DNA of 36,130 bases from IMG/VR virus record IMGVR_UViG_3300049004_000013, positions 1 to 36,130 of that record. One strand, given 5' to 3'. Source of the stretch: a virus (Duplodnaviria; Caudoviricetes). Below are positions 18,107 to 26,609 of this stretch, one piece after another (positions within the stretch are counted from its first letter, which is position 1; every line of letters begins with the position of its first letter). The translations under genes were made by a program, and so were the position numbers. Below the pieces are notes generated by a model, which was not told the DNA's origin, ran no database searches, and worked only from the letters and a program-made list of their open reading frames with translations.

Positions 18107-19409
18107 GTGCCGAGGGTCACGCCCAGCTCTCTTCTACCCCGAGAAAGGCGAAGGTGAGGACGCCACAGCGGTCGCTCAGGCGGCCAAGGCGGTCTGCAAC
18201 GGCGCCGACGGTCAGCCGGCGTGTTCGGTCAAGGACGCCTGCCTGGAGTACGCCCTGGAGCACCATGAGAAGTTCGGAGTCTGGGGCGGGCGCACCGAGC
18301 GCGAGCGGACCTCTCTCAAGCGGATGCGGCGAAAGGTAAACGGCATGGGGCGGGTAGTCCGAACGGTGAAGAAGTCGGCCCTACGCCAGCTCCTCGACAC
18401 CTCCAAGACCGAGACACGGTTGCTCGGCGCCGTCCAGCGTCATCTGATGTGCCGGCCGCCGGATGACCGGGCCACCGATGTCATCCACCCGTCAGAAATG
18501 TGCAAGGGCGACTGGTGCCCACGCTCGACGTACTTCCGCATCGTCGACGCCCCGGCGGCCGAGGCCGAGCTGACGCCGTTCACGCTGGAGAATGTCTGGG
18601 CCGAGGGCAACGACATCCACTCGAAGTGGCAGACCCGCTTCTGGGAAATGGGCGTGCTCCGGGGCGAATGGAAGTGCAACGCCTGCGGTGAGATCTGGGA
18701 GGGGACCTCCCCCCAGAGCTGTCCCGCCTGCGAGGCCGAGAAGAGCTGCATCAGCTACCGCGAGGTGCCGATGCGCTCCGACCGGTACCTGCTGTCGGGT
18801 CACGCCGACGGCGACATCAACGACGACGTCGTTGATGAGCTGTGCCCGCTGATCGAGATCAAGTCCATCGGCATCGGCACGCTCCGCTTCGACGCTCCGC
18901 AGCTCCTGGCGAGATACGCCCGCAAGACCAAGGAGGACGACGGCTCAGAGAGGACCGTCGTCGACCTGGAGGCGCTGTGGCGAGACATCAAGCGCCCGTT
19001 CCCGAGCCACGTCAAGCAGGGCATGCTCTACCTCCACATGTCGGGCCGGCGGGAGATGGTGTTCATCTACGAATGCAAGTGGAATCAGCAGGTCAAGGAA
19101 TTCCGGGTGCGATATCAGGAGGCGGTTGTGGCCGACCTTCTCGATGCGGCGCTCGACGTCAAGTACGCCATCGAAACAGGGAAGCCTCCCCGCCGCCCGC
19201 ACTGGGCGGCCGACGACAACAGCATCTGTGCCAAGTGCGTGTACAGGGAAACCTGCTACGACGCCTATTTGGAGAACGATGACGAAAAACCTGGCTCTCG
19301 AAATGGCGGCCAAGTCGACGGAGGCGCGAGCAGCACTGGAGCGCGCCGGGTTGTCATTGCCGGCTCGTCCGGCCTTCGAAATACCAAGGTTGCCGCTGAA
19401 AATCACTGA
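18066..19409 (+). CDS. whiB: WhiB-family domain in frame with a Cas4-like PD-(D/E)xK exonuclease (possible second start 18345)
   Basis: Four WhiB Cys with GVWGG; then HPSEM, CPR, GHADG, EIKS, QxxxY, CxxC-x5-C; no stop between the domains. Confidence 0.8.
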   Translation: MIEWERPDWQAGSKCRGSRPALFYPEKGEGEDATAVAQAAKAVCNGADGQPACSVKDACLEYALEHHEKFGVWGGRTERERTSLKRMRRKVNGMGRVVRTVKKSALRQLLDTSKTETRLLGAVQRHLMCRPPDDRATDVIHPSEMCKGDWCPRSTYFRIVDAPAAEAELTPFTLENVWAEGNDIHSKWQTRFWEMGVLRGEWKCNACGEIWEGTSPQSCPACEAEKSCISYREVPMRSDRYLLSGHADGDINDDVVDELCPLIEIKSIGIGTLRFDAPQLLARYARKTKEDDGSERTVVDLEALWRDIKRPFPSHVKQGMLYLHMSGRREMVFIYECKWNQQVKEFRVRYQEAVVADLLDAALDVKYAIETGKPPRRPHWAADDNSICAKCVYRETCYDAYLENDDEKPGSRNGGQVDGGASSTGARRVVIAGSSGLRNTKVAAENH

Positions 19410-19788
19410 CCTGAACGACGACCAGCTCATGGGCGTGTTCGTGGCCCTGACTCGGTGGACTGACCATCTGGCCGGCGCCGTGGCCGAGGCCGAGATCGAG
19501 GAGCGGGCGGCCGAGGCCGTGCTCAGCAAGGCCCAGGCCCTGGTGCTCCTTCGGGACTGGGGCGGCGGCCGGGACGAGCGGGTGACGCTGGCGAAGGCCC
19601 AGCGTGACGTCGACCCCGAGGTGGAGCGGCGCCAGGAGCTGTTCGACACCGCTCACGCCAAGCGCAAGATGGTGGCCGTGCTCTTCACGTCCACCGAGCG
19701 CGACGCCGCCGTGGTGAGCCGGGAGCTGACCCGGCGCGTGGGCCGGCGGGAGGATCACGACCGGCGGGCGAGCCGATGGACACCGTAG
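19279..19788 (+). CDS. helical hypothetical protein
   Basis: GGAG RBS; ends SRELTRR; helical character. Confidence 0.7.
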   Translation: MTKNLALEMAAKSTEARAALERAGLSLPARPAFEIPRLPLKITDLNDDQLMGVFVALTRWTDHLAGAVAEAEIEERAAEAVLSKAQALVLLRDWGGGRDERVTLAKAQRDVDPEVERRQELFDTAHAKRKMVAVLFTSTERDAAVVSRELTRRVGRREDHDRRASRWTP

Positions 19789-20240
19789 GGCGCATCTGCC
19801 TGGAGTGCGGCAAGGAGAACCACGTCGAGTGTATCAACACGATCACGGCCCAGTACGGGTCCTCCTGGTCGTGCTCCTGCCCCTGCATGGCCCTGCGGGT
19901 GGTGAGCAACCAGCTCGGGCCGTGGCACACCGTCGACCCTGATACCAGCCGGCTGGCGGCCATCGACAACTACGCCCGATCCGGCTCGCAGCGCCGCCGG
20001 GTGCTCTATGAGCTGGACGAGGCCGAGCTGAAGGGGCGCACCGACTACGAGCTGCACGCCGCCCTCGACATTCTGCGCACCGCCGCCGGCACGCGCCGGG
20101 ACGAGCTGCGCAAGCTCGGCCTGGTCGAGAAGACCGACGACCGCCGGCCCACCGACACCGGCTGCACGGCTGTGGTGTGGCGGATCACGCCGGCCGGGCA
20201 ATTCGTGGCGGGGCGTCTGCGGGAGCTGGAGGACGAATGA
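19776..20240 (+). CDS. Cys-rich N-terminus plus winged-helix DNA-binding domain
   Basis: TDYEL...TRRDELRKLGLVEK...RRPT.TG..AVVW. Confidence 0.6.
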   Translation: MDTVGRICLECGKENHVECINTITAQYGSSWSCSCPCMALRVVSNQLGPWHTVDPDTSRLAAIDNYARSGSQRRRVLYELDEAELKGRTDYELHAALDILRTAAGTRRDELRKLGLVEKTDDRRPTDTGCTAVVWRITPAGQFVAGRLRELEDE

Positions 20241-20629
20241 AGGCCATAGTGGTCGCCGAGGACCTCAACAACATCGTCAAGGTCTGGATCTTCAACGACG
20301 TGCCCGAGGGCCGCATCTTCATGTGGCCGATGGGCTACCCGGACCCGTCCTTCAAGAGCATGACGTGGATGCAGGAAATTGTCCCGCATGAGCAAGCGGT
20401 GCCGGATACGATCCGGCCGGCGCTGGAAATGAGCCGGCACATCTGGGACGCCTTCAAGGAAGCGCTCCTGGCCGATCAGCACATGCGCCTCGATGCCCTC
20501 GACATCGTGGCGAAGACCCTGGAGCGGGAGCAGAACCGAGTGGATGCTCTTATTCATGCCTTGATCAAGCAGAGCGAGCCGCAGTTCCTGATCAGCTCGA
20601 ACCCGCCAGCCGAGAATTTCGGTGGGTAG
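20237..20629 (+). CDS. hypothetical protein
   Basis: GGAGG RBS, ATGA overlap. Confidence 0.65.
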   Translation: MKAIVVAEDLNNIVKVWIFNDVPEGRIFMWPMGYPDPSFKSMTWMQEIVPHEQAVPDTIRPALEMSRHIWDAFKEALLADQHMRLDALDIVAKTLEREQNRVDALIHALIKQSEPQFLISSNPPAENFGG

Positions 20630-20795
20630 CCCGGTGAAGGGCCGGGGCTGGCACGACCCCGGCCGCCCGAAGAAGATCGAGGCCCAGTTCGATTCCGACT
20701 GCCCCGAGTGCGGCGACGACATCGTCGAGGGCGACACCATCTATTGGTCCGAGTACCACGACAAATACGTCTGCGAGCCGTGTAGGGGGAGCTGA
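20622..20795 (+). CDS. small Zn-finger protein (57 aa)
   Basis: Read by hand: AQFDSDCPECGDDIVEGD...VCEPC; stop abuts next ATG. Confidence 0.65.
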   Translation: MGSPVKGRGWHDPGRPKKIEAQFDSDCPECGDDIVEGDTIYWSEYHDKYVCEPCRGS

Positions 20796-21392
20796 ATGCT
20801 GATCGGACTGAGCGGGCTGGCCCAGGCCGGCAAGGACACCGTGGCCGGAATTCTGGTGCGGGAGCACGGCTTCAAGCAGAAGGCGCTGGCGACGAAGATG
20901 AAGGAGGCGGCGCTGGCCCTCGACCCCGTCATCGACTTTGAGATGATCATGGGGCCGGCGCAGACGATCCGCGAGATCCGGCCGGTGCGACTCTCCGAGC
21001 TGATCGAGAAGGTCGGCGCCGAGGAGGCCAAGAAGCACCCCGAGGTGCGCCGGTTGTACCAGCGCCTCGGCACCGAGATGGGCCGCAACGTCATCGACGG
21101 CGATCTGTGGGTCAAGCTCGTCTTCCGCGGTGTGCAGCAGCGCTCGGACATCGTGATCTCCGACGTCCGGTTCCTGAACGAGCTGACGGCCATCGTGAAT
21201 CGGGACGGGTGCGTCTGGAGGATTGTCCGGCCCGGTGCCGGCCTGGAGGGCGAGCACGCCGCTCACCGTAGCGAAAAGGATCTCTTCGATGACTCCGACA
21301 TCTACGACTACGTCATCCACAACGACGGCTCCATCGAGGATCTCTCGAAGAAGGTTGCCGATGCCCTCGAAGCCGGACGTGCTGGCCTCTAA
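20796..21392 (+). CDS. deoxynucleoside monophosphate kinase
   Basis: IGLSGLAQAGKDT, RRLYQRLGTE, VISDVRFLNE, HRSE, NDGS. Confidence 0.9.
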   Translation: MLIGLSGLAQAGKDTVAGILVREHGFKQKALATKMKEAALALDPVIDFEMIMGPAQTIREIRPVRLSELIEKVGAEEAKKHPEVRRLYQRLGTEMGRNVIDGDLWVKLVFRGVQQRSDIVISDVRFLNELTAIVNRDGCVWRIVRPGAGLEGEHAAHRSEKDLFDDSDIYDYVIHNDGSIEDLSKKVADALEAGRAGL

Positions 21393-21975
21393 TTGGTTCG
21401 TCGGTATCGATCAGAGCCTGACTCATTTCGCTGCCTGCGCTATTCGTGGCCCTGATGACGACGAGCATGAAATGCTGGTGATGAAGCCGAAGACCAAGGG
21501 CGCCCGGCGGCTCTGGGAATTGCGGGACGGCCTGGTGGAGTGGATCACCAAGCTGCCCTACCCGCCCATCGTCGAGCACATCACCATGGAGGGCTACGCC
21601 TTCAGCCGGCAGATGGGCCACGCCCTCGGTGAGTGCGGAGGCATGACCAAGCTGGCGCTCCTGGACGCCTTCGGCCATGAGAACATCGTGGCCTACCCGT
21701 CCATCCCCACCACGCAGCAGCTCAAGATGTTCTGCGGCCTGCCGGGCAACGCACAAAAGAACCTGATGTTGAAGGCGGTATTCAAGAAATGGGGGAAGGA
21801 CTTCGGCGACGACAACGAGGCGGATGCCTATGCCCTCGCCAAGATCGCATGTAACCTCACGCATGGAGCACGCTTTGAATACGAAAAAGCAGTCCTGGCG
21901 AAAATAAAGGTGCATGCTGAATGGGAACCGCTGAAGTTGTCCCCCCGACGGCCGAGGAGCAAATCCTCCGAGTAA
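21361..21975 (+). CDS. ruvC: RuvC-like resolvase
   Basis: VGIDQSL, MEGYAF, LGE, DDNEADAYALA. Confidence 0.85.
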   Translation: MPSKPDVLASNWFVGIDQSLTHFAACAIRGPDDDEHEMLVMKPKTKGARRLWELRDGLVEWITKLPYPPIVEHITMEGYAFSRQMGHALGECGGMTKLALLDAFGHENIVAYPSIPTTQQLKMFCGLPGNAQKNLMLKAVFKKWGKDFGDDNEADAYALAKIACNLTHGARFEYEKAVLAKIKVHAEWEPLKLSPRRPRSKSSE

Positions 21976-22217
21976 CGAGCGCCCAGAACCCCAAGGAACT
22001 GGCCGCCGTCATCTCTCACGCCATCTACGACAACCATAAGCCGGTGCTGCGGGCCATCGGTGCGGGGGCCGTGAACCAGGCCATCAAGGCGTGCGTCATC
22101 GCTCGGGGCTACGTCGCCACGCGGGGCATCGATCTCGTCGTGCGCCCGGGTTTCGCAACCGTCGACGGTGAGAATGGAGAGATCAGCGCCATCACGCTCC
22201 TCGTCATTCCGATGTGA
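21921..22217 (+). CDS. spoVS: SpoVS family (Alba-like) protein
   Basis: LRVTS..NP..LA, RAIGAGAVNQAIKA..IARGYV, PGF, GEISAI. Confidence 0.9.
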   Translation: MGTAEVVPPTAEEQILRVTSAQNPKELAAVISHAIYDNHKPVLRAIGAGAVNQAIKACVIARGYVATRGIDLVVRPGFATVDGENGEISAITLLVIPM

Positions 22218-22230
22218 AAGGCTGGTGCCC

Positions 22231-22515
22231 ATGGCATCGAGCTTTGACTACCAGGACGACCGCCAGCACGGCCACGCCATTCGTCGACGCAAGGGCGGCC
22301 GGACGAGCATCTACCACAACGTCTTCTACCCGGTGTCCATGGCGATCGGCGGCGGCGCCCTGGCCGTGCCGTGCGGCGGGTTCGTGCCCGACGTCTACGA
22401 CGCCTCGCAGTGCGCCGCCTGCGGCGAGAGCTTGGACGATCACGGCATGGGGGCCTTGGGCAGCTTCGCTCCCGGGGGCATCCCGGGCAGCGACGGAGCG
22501 ACAGGAGCTGTGTGA
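22231..22515 (+). CDS. hypothetical protein
   Basis: AAGG RBS, C...CxxC...H, TGATG coupling. Confidence 0.55.
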   Translation: MASSFDYQDDRQHGHAIRRRKGGRTSIYHNVFYPVSMAIGGGALAVPCGGFVPDVYDASQCAACGESLDDHGMGALGSFAPGGIPGSDGATGAV

Positions 22516-22883
22516 TGGGCAAGACCTACAAGAGCGGCATTCGGACCACGGCCGAGAAGCGCTCCCCCCTGGCCCCGACTATGGCCGGCGGGATGCCCCA
22601 GGGCGTCGTCGGCGGCTCCCCGTCGGCAGCTCCTGAGCGCGGCACGCTGCGCAAGAAGGGCAACTCCAAGGGCGGCGAGCCGGGCGGCCCGGGGGTCAAG
22701 AAGAACCGGGTCCAGAGCTACGAGCGCCAGGGCGCCCGGCAGCGGGTCGAGGTGCCCCTGCGGATGCAGGCCGTGCCCGAGGCCGCCCCGACCCAGGCCA
22801 ACGGCCGGATCATCCCGAGCTACCCCAAGCTGCGTGACACCTGGAGCGGCTCGAACTTCAGGGACGCCAGCCGCGGCGGCTGA
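22515..22883 (+). CDS. basic low-complexity hypothetical protein
   Basis: TGATG coupling at both ends. Confidence 0.65.
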   Translation: MGKTYKSGIRTTAEKRSPLAPTMAGGMPQGVVGGSPSAAPERGTLRKKGNSKGGEPGGPGVKKNRVQSYERQGARQRVEVPLRMQAVPEAAPTQANGRIIPSYPKLRDTWSGSNFRDASRGG

Positions 22884-23359
22884 TGCAGCCGCCGGCCAAC
22901 GCCAACATCAGCCGCGGCCAATTCCGCCAGTTCGACGCTCAGCTCCGCGGCCCCAAGGGCGAGCTGGAGGCCGACCGTGGCTTCTCGACGAACCTGCGGA
23001 CGGGCGCCGGCCTGCCTGCTCAGGGCTACGTGGTGGCCGAGCCGGGCGGTCAGAGCGTTCCGATCGACAAGTACAAGCCGTCCCATCTGCCCCATTTCGT
23101 GCGAAACCACAGGGTGGAGCTTCTCGGCGAGGGCAGCGACTCGTACTCTGGGGCCTGGGTCGACCCACCAGGGGTTGATCTCGACGTGAGCAGGGTTCAC
23201 CGAACGGCCGGCGAAGCATTCAAGGCCATGCGGAAGCGTCCTGCTGGCGGCGGTGTCGAGACGGAGCAGAAATCGGCCTACAACATCCACGGTGACGCTC
23301 TCCTCTACAACGTCCACCATCCGGTGAACATGGAGCGGATATTCCAGGGCCTCAGATAA
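22883..23359 (+). CDS. phage hypothetical protein
   Basis: GAWVD...LDVS...EQKSAY pattern. Confidence 0.65.
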   Translation: MQPPANANISRGQFRQFDAQLRGPKGELEADRGFSTNLRTGAGLPAQGYVVAEPGGQSVPIDKYKPSHLPHFVRNHRVELLGEGSDSYSGAWVDPPGVDLDVSRVHRTAGEAFKAMRKRPAGGGVETEQKSAYNIHGDALLYNVHHPVNMERIFQGLR

Positions 23360-23372
23360 TTCGGAGCATAAA

Positions 23373-23657
23373 TTGGAGCAGGAACAATTACCGCCGCCGT
23401 GGGTCGATGACCTGCGTGCCGCCCTGGCCGCCGGCCAGCGAGCGCTACGGGACAAGACCCCGACCACTGCTGTCTGGCCGCTGATCGAAGCGGCGCATCA
23501 GGCCGGCTGGCCGCGCCGTGACGTGCGCGAGGAGGAATTCTGGGGGACAGCTCAGAAGATGGCCGAGCTGGATGGTTCGCTGCCGCAGCACCCCCAGCAA
23601 GCCTTCCTGCGCCGTGAGGTGGCAACGTACTGGGAGGCCGGCGGCACCCAGGGGTAA
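23373..23657 (+). CDS. hypothetical protein
   Basis: GGAG RBS before a TTG start. Confidence 0.55.
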   Translation: MEQEQLPPPWVDDLRAALAAGQRALRDKTPTTAVWPLIEAAHQAGWPRRDVREEEFWGTAQKMAELDGSLPQHPQQAFLRREVATYWEAGGTQG

Positions 23658-23666
23658 GCTCTCGGC

Positions 23667-24152
23667 GTGACCCAGAACTGGGCGCAGACGCCCTTCGGCT
23701 CCCCGTTCCCCCAGGGTAATGGCGGGGATTTGCAGCCGTGGTGGCGCGACGCCCTCGACTTCAACCGCTCGATGTGGAACAAGACCCCCGAGGCCGAGTA
23801 CCCCGACGGCTACCTCGGGACCTTCCGCACCCGGCGTGACGACCGGCTCCTGGACAGCCTGAAGAACCGGGTCAACCAGCGCAGCTATCAGCGTGGCGTC
23901 CACAAGGGCGAGCGCATCGACCAGGCCGACTACATCTGGCCGGCGGCCTGGAATCCCCAGCTCGGGCTGATGGCCGAGGCGGCCGGCGTGCGCCAGGCGC
24001 CCGTCGACGCCATCGCCAACCGCCTGCCACCGGCCGGCGCCAGCATGTTCCCCCGGGGCGCCAACAGCCTCCTGACGCTGAACCGCACGCCGCGGGAGGT
24101 CGACCCCCAGCGGGTCCTCCAGCTCCGTCGGCTGATGCCGAGCTGGAGGTAG
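23667..24152 (+). CDS. phage hypothetical protein
   Basis: EYPDGYLGT..RRDDRLLD, YQRGVHKGERID; good codon usage. Confidence 0.75.
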   Translation: MTQNWAQTPFGSPFPQGNGGDLQPWWRDALDFNRSMWNKTPEAEYPDGYLGTFRTRRDDRLLDSLKNRVNQRSYQRGVHKGERIDQADYIWPAAWNPQLGLMAEAAGVRQAPVDAIANRLPPAGASMFPRGANSLLTLNRTPREVDPQRVLQLRRLMPSWR

Positions 24153-24155
24153 GTC

Positions 24156-25085
24156 GTGGCGAAGGGTGACTCCCTGCTCTACCCCTCCTACGACTTCAGC
24201 TCGCCCCGCCAGTTCAAGGCCGTCGTCCAGAACATCCGCAACGTCTACGAGGCCACCCCGGACGAGATCCGGGGCACGGCCAAGCACTGGTACGACCGGG
24301 TCAACGAGGCCGTCGGCAAGGGCGTGCGCGGCTCGTCGTTGACGGGGTACCAGGGCGCTGGCCTGGTGGCCGCCGTCAGCCCCAACATGGACTTCGAGCG
24401 TTCCAACATCGACGCCTTCCATGAGATGCGGAAGATGACCGGGCGCGACTGGGCGGCGATCCATGACTCGGTGCAGACGCAGAAGGCGCAGCAGCAGGAG
24501 AACCTTCCCGTCCGGCGTCGGAACGCCGAGCGGGAGAAGGCCGGCGTCCCCGAGCACGAATGGGAGCCGCTCCCGCACCCGCGCATCGGGCGCTCCGCTG
24601 AGGCGGCCGGCGTGCTCAAGGGGCTGTCGCTGGCGAAGGCGCCGGACACCCAGCTCGTCAAGGCTCACCGCATCATCGAGGGCGAGGATTGGAACAACGT
24701 CCTGAACCGCCGGACGGCGCCGAAGACCAACGCCTTCGCCCACAACATCTGGCGCCCGGACGAGCACACCAAGGTCACGGTCGATGGGCGCGCTCACGAC
24801 ATCGGGATCAACCGGCTCTACCCCTGGACGTACTCGGGCCGTGGGATCAGCTCGGCCGACACGAAGGGGAAGGAGCCGAGCCGCTACGAGCACTTCGAGA
24901 ACGCCTACCGGCAGGCGTCCGGCCACCTCGATCTGCTGCCGCACCAGCTCCAGGCGATCACTTGGGAGGGTGGGAAGTACCTGGAGAAGGCGTCTCCGAC
25001 GAAGACGGGGAAGCAGCGGCAGAAGGGAGTCGAACGCGTCGGCCAACCTTACGTGGGGCGACGGGGCCTTCACGTTCCCGCTTAG
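24156..25085 (+). CDS. DUF7178-like protein (HhH-glycosylase-like motifs)
   Basis: HWY, AGLVAAVSP, PKTNAFAHNI, VTVDGRA, Y..FENAYR, LQAITW. Confidence 0.65.
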   Translation: MAKGDSLLYPSYDFSSPRQFKAVVQNIRNVYEATPDEIRGTAKHWYDRVNEAVGKGVRGSSLTGYQGAGLVAAVSPNMDFERSNIDAFHEMRKMTGRDWAAIHDSVQTQKAQQQENLPVRRRNAEREKAGVPEHEWEPLPHPRIGRSAEAAGVLKGLSLAKAPDTQLVKAHRIIEGEDWNNVLNRRTAPKTNAFAHNIWRPDEHTKVTVDGRAHDIGINRLYPWTYSGRGISSADTKGKEPSRYEHFENAYRQASGHLDLLPHQLQAITWEGGKYLEKASPTKTGKQRQKGVERVGQPYVGRRGLHVPA

Positions 25086-25224
25086 CGACCGTCTGGACGA
25101 TCTGCCATGCCTGGTACTCCAGCTCCACGATGTCGCCGGCTTCATCGAAGTCGTACGGCGTGTTCGCTCGTTCGAGCGTGTGGTAGATCAGATCGAATTC
25201 CTCATCGGAGAGGTTAACGGCCAT
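24958..25224 (-). CDS. acidic hypothetical protein (convergent overlap)
   Basis: MAVNLSDEEFDLIY...; occupies the otherwise empty 25086-25250 gap. Confidence 0.5.
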   Translation of the reverse strand: MAVNLSDEEFDLIYHTLERANTPYDFDEAGDIVELEYQAWQIVQTVAKREREGPVAPRKVGRRVRLPSAAASPSSSETPSPGTSHPPK

Positions 25225-25252
25225 GTCTTGCATTTTACAGGAGCCGAGGTAA

Positions 25253-25549
25253 ATGCCCGCCCCGCCCGGCCGGCCGCCGGAAATGCGCTTCGGGAACCGC
25301 TCCTGGGAGGAGGGCCAGGTAGACGCCGCCCTGGCCGCCGCCGAGACGCCTGGCGCCGTGCTGGCCGGGCTGCGGCCCCCGCTGCCCCAGATCGACCCCT
25401 GGAGGCCCCGCTACGGCTACGACGACCGCGCCCTGGGGATTCGGGACGTCCTGGCTCTCGATCGGCTCTACGACGACCGCAGGTGGGCCTGGAGCGGCGG
25501 CCCGCACGACTGGCAGGGGAGCGCCCGCATGACGGAGTTCTGGTTCTGA
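25253..25549 (+). CDS. hypothetical protein
   Basis: GAGG RBS, TGATG coupling. Confidence 0.65.
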   Translation: MPAPPGRPPEMRFGNRSWEEGQVDAALAAAETPGAVLAGLRPPLPQIDPWRPRYGYDDRALGIRDVLALDRLYDDRRWAWSGGPHDWQGSARMTEFWF

Positions 25550-25887
25550 TGGCGGTCCCGCGCTGCGTCAACTGCAACCGGCGGATCAACTTCAATCCTC
25601 GGGCGCAGTCGAGCTGGGAGAAGGCCGGCCGGCAGGGGGCCGTCCCGGGCGCCGGCTGGCATCATGCAGAGGATCTCTACGGCGGCGAGGACTCGTTCAC
25701 AAAGGATCGCCCCGACTTCCACTATGCAGAGGTGCCCGAAGGTGTCACGGCCGAAGCCGAGATGACCCGCAAGCAGTCCGAGAAGGACCAGGCTCAGGCC
25801 CACATCAAAAGGACGCTGAGCCGGCAGTTCGACTACCTGGCCGCCGAGAAGAGCGGCGGCACGCACATCGACCTCGCGGAGGATTGA
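25549..25887 (+). CDS. hypothetical protein
   Basis: CVNC...WHH...H; TGATG coupling. Confidence 0.65.
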   Translation: MAVPRCVNCNRRINFNPRAQSSWEKAGRQGAVPGAGWHHAEDLYGGEDSFTKDRPDFHYAEVPEGVTAEAEMTRKQSEKDQAQAHIKRTLSRQFDYLAAEKSGGTHIDLAED

Positions 25888-26066
25888 TGCCCGGCATGCA
25901 GATCATCGCCGCCGTCCTGGCCCTGGCCGCCCTGGTGGCCTTCCTCGTCGACTGGTACGTGGGGCCGCCGGCCCGCCGGCCGCTACCGCTCGGGCTGGCC
26001 CTTCTGACCGTGGCCTGGATGGTGCAGGTCATCGTGCTCTCGGGAAGCCACATGAAGATTGACTAG
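25887..26066 (+). CDS. two-TM small membrane protein
   Basis: Two hydrophobic helices joined by PPARRP. Confidence 0.65.
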   Translation: MPGMQIIAAVLALAALVAFLVDWYVGPPARRPLPLGLALLTVAWMVQVIVLSGSHMKID

Positions 26067-26087
26067 AGCTGGGAGCTGTCGTAGATT
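26059..26087 (+). promoter_or_regulatory. near-consensus sigma-A promoter
   Basis: TTGACT-N17-TAGATT. Confidence 0.7.
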
Positions 26088-26093
26088 CTCCTC

Positions 26094-26273
26094 GAATGTG
26101 ATGCGCCCGTCGTCCCCCTTCCCACAAGTTGGAGGGCGAAGTTCACCGCCAGCACTGGAGTGGCGCAGGTGATCTGGCCGGGAGTCGTCCCCTCGTTTCC
26201 GACTGGCGAGCGTCGAATGCCAGCGTAGGGCGGCCAAGTAGACGCATGGAGGCCCCACTTCGGTGGGGCCTTT
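26094..26273 (+). ncRNA. candidate structured non-coding RNA (~180 nt)
   Basis: Lies between a strong promoter and a TTCG terminator, no credible ORF/RBS, several nested helices. Confidence 0.55.
26250..26273 (+). terminator. intrinsic terminator (possibly bidirectional)
   Basis: AGGCCCCAC-TTCG-GTGGGGCCT-TT. Confidence 0.8.
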
Positions 26274-26276
26274 CCA

Positions 26277-26591
26277 TTACGCCTTCTGGCCCTCATCCTC
26301 GACGGGATCGGTGATGCCCTCGATCGCCTCGGTCAGGGCTTGGAGCCGCTGGTTCGTCGCTCGCTCGAAGCGATGGCTGGTGTTGTGGAGCAGGGCCACC
26401 AGCAGGAACGTGATGATCGTCGTCGTCGTATTGATGACGAGCTGCCAGGTGTCTATTTTCCCGGGCACCTTCGATGGCACGATCAGAATGCTCGGTACCC
26501 ACAGAATTACGAGCAGAGCGCAGAAGATGAAAAAGCCGGCGTGGGCCACCAGCTCGGCCACCCGATCAGCGAACCTGTCGAAGGTGTTCAC
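26277..26591 (-). CDS. low-affinity iron permease (Fet4-like) family membrane protein
   Basis: FDRFA...DTWQLVINTTTTIITFLLVALLHN signature. Confidence 0.8.
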   Translation of the reverse strand: MNTFDRFADRVAELVAHAGFFIFCALLVILWVPSILIVPSKVPGKIDTWQLVINTTTTIITFLLVALLHNTSHRFERATNQRLQALTEAIEGITDPVEDEGQKA

Positions 26592-26609
26592 GCATGCAAT
26601 GATGGCAGC

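Noticed and set aside
18345-19409. CRISPR-Cas system suggested by the Cas4-like nuclease
   Set aside because: No repeat-spacer array or other cas genes seen; stand-alone Cas4-like exonucleases are common in phage recombination modules
22883-23359. SAM lyase-like anti-restriction protein
   Set aside because: Only a vague pattern resemblance; cannot be supported without a structure search
26155-26236. tRNA gene (GTGGCGCAG, GTCGAAT, terminal CCA)
   Set aside because: No cloverleaf: no 7-bp acceptor stem or canonical T arm; kept only as generic ncRNA
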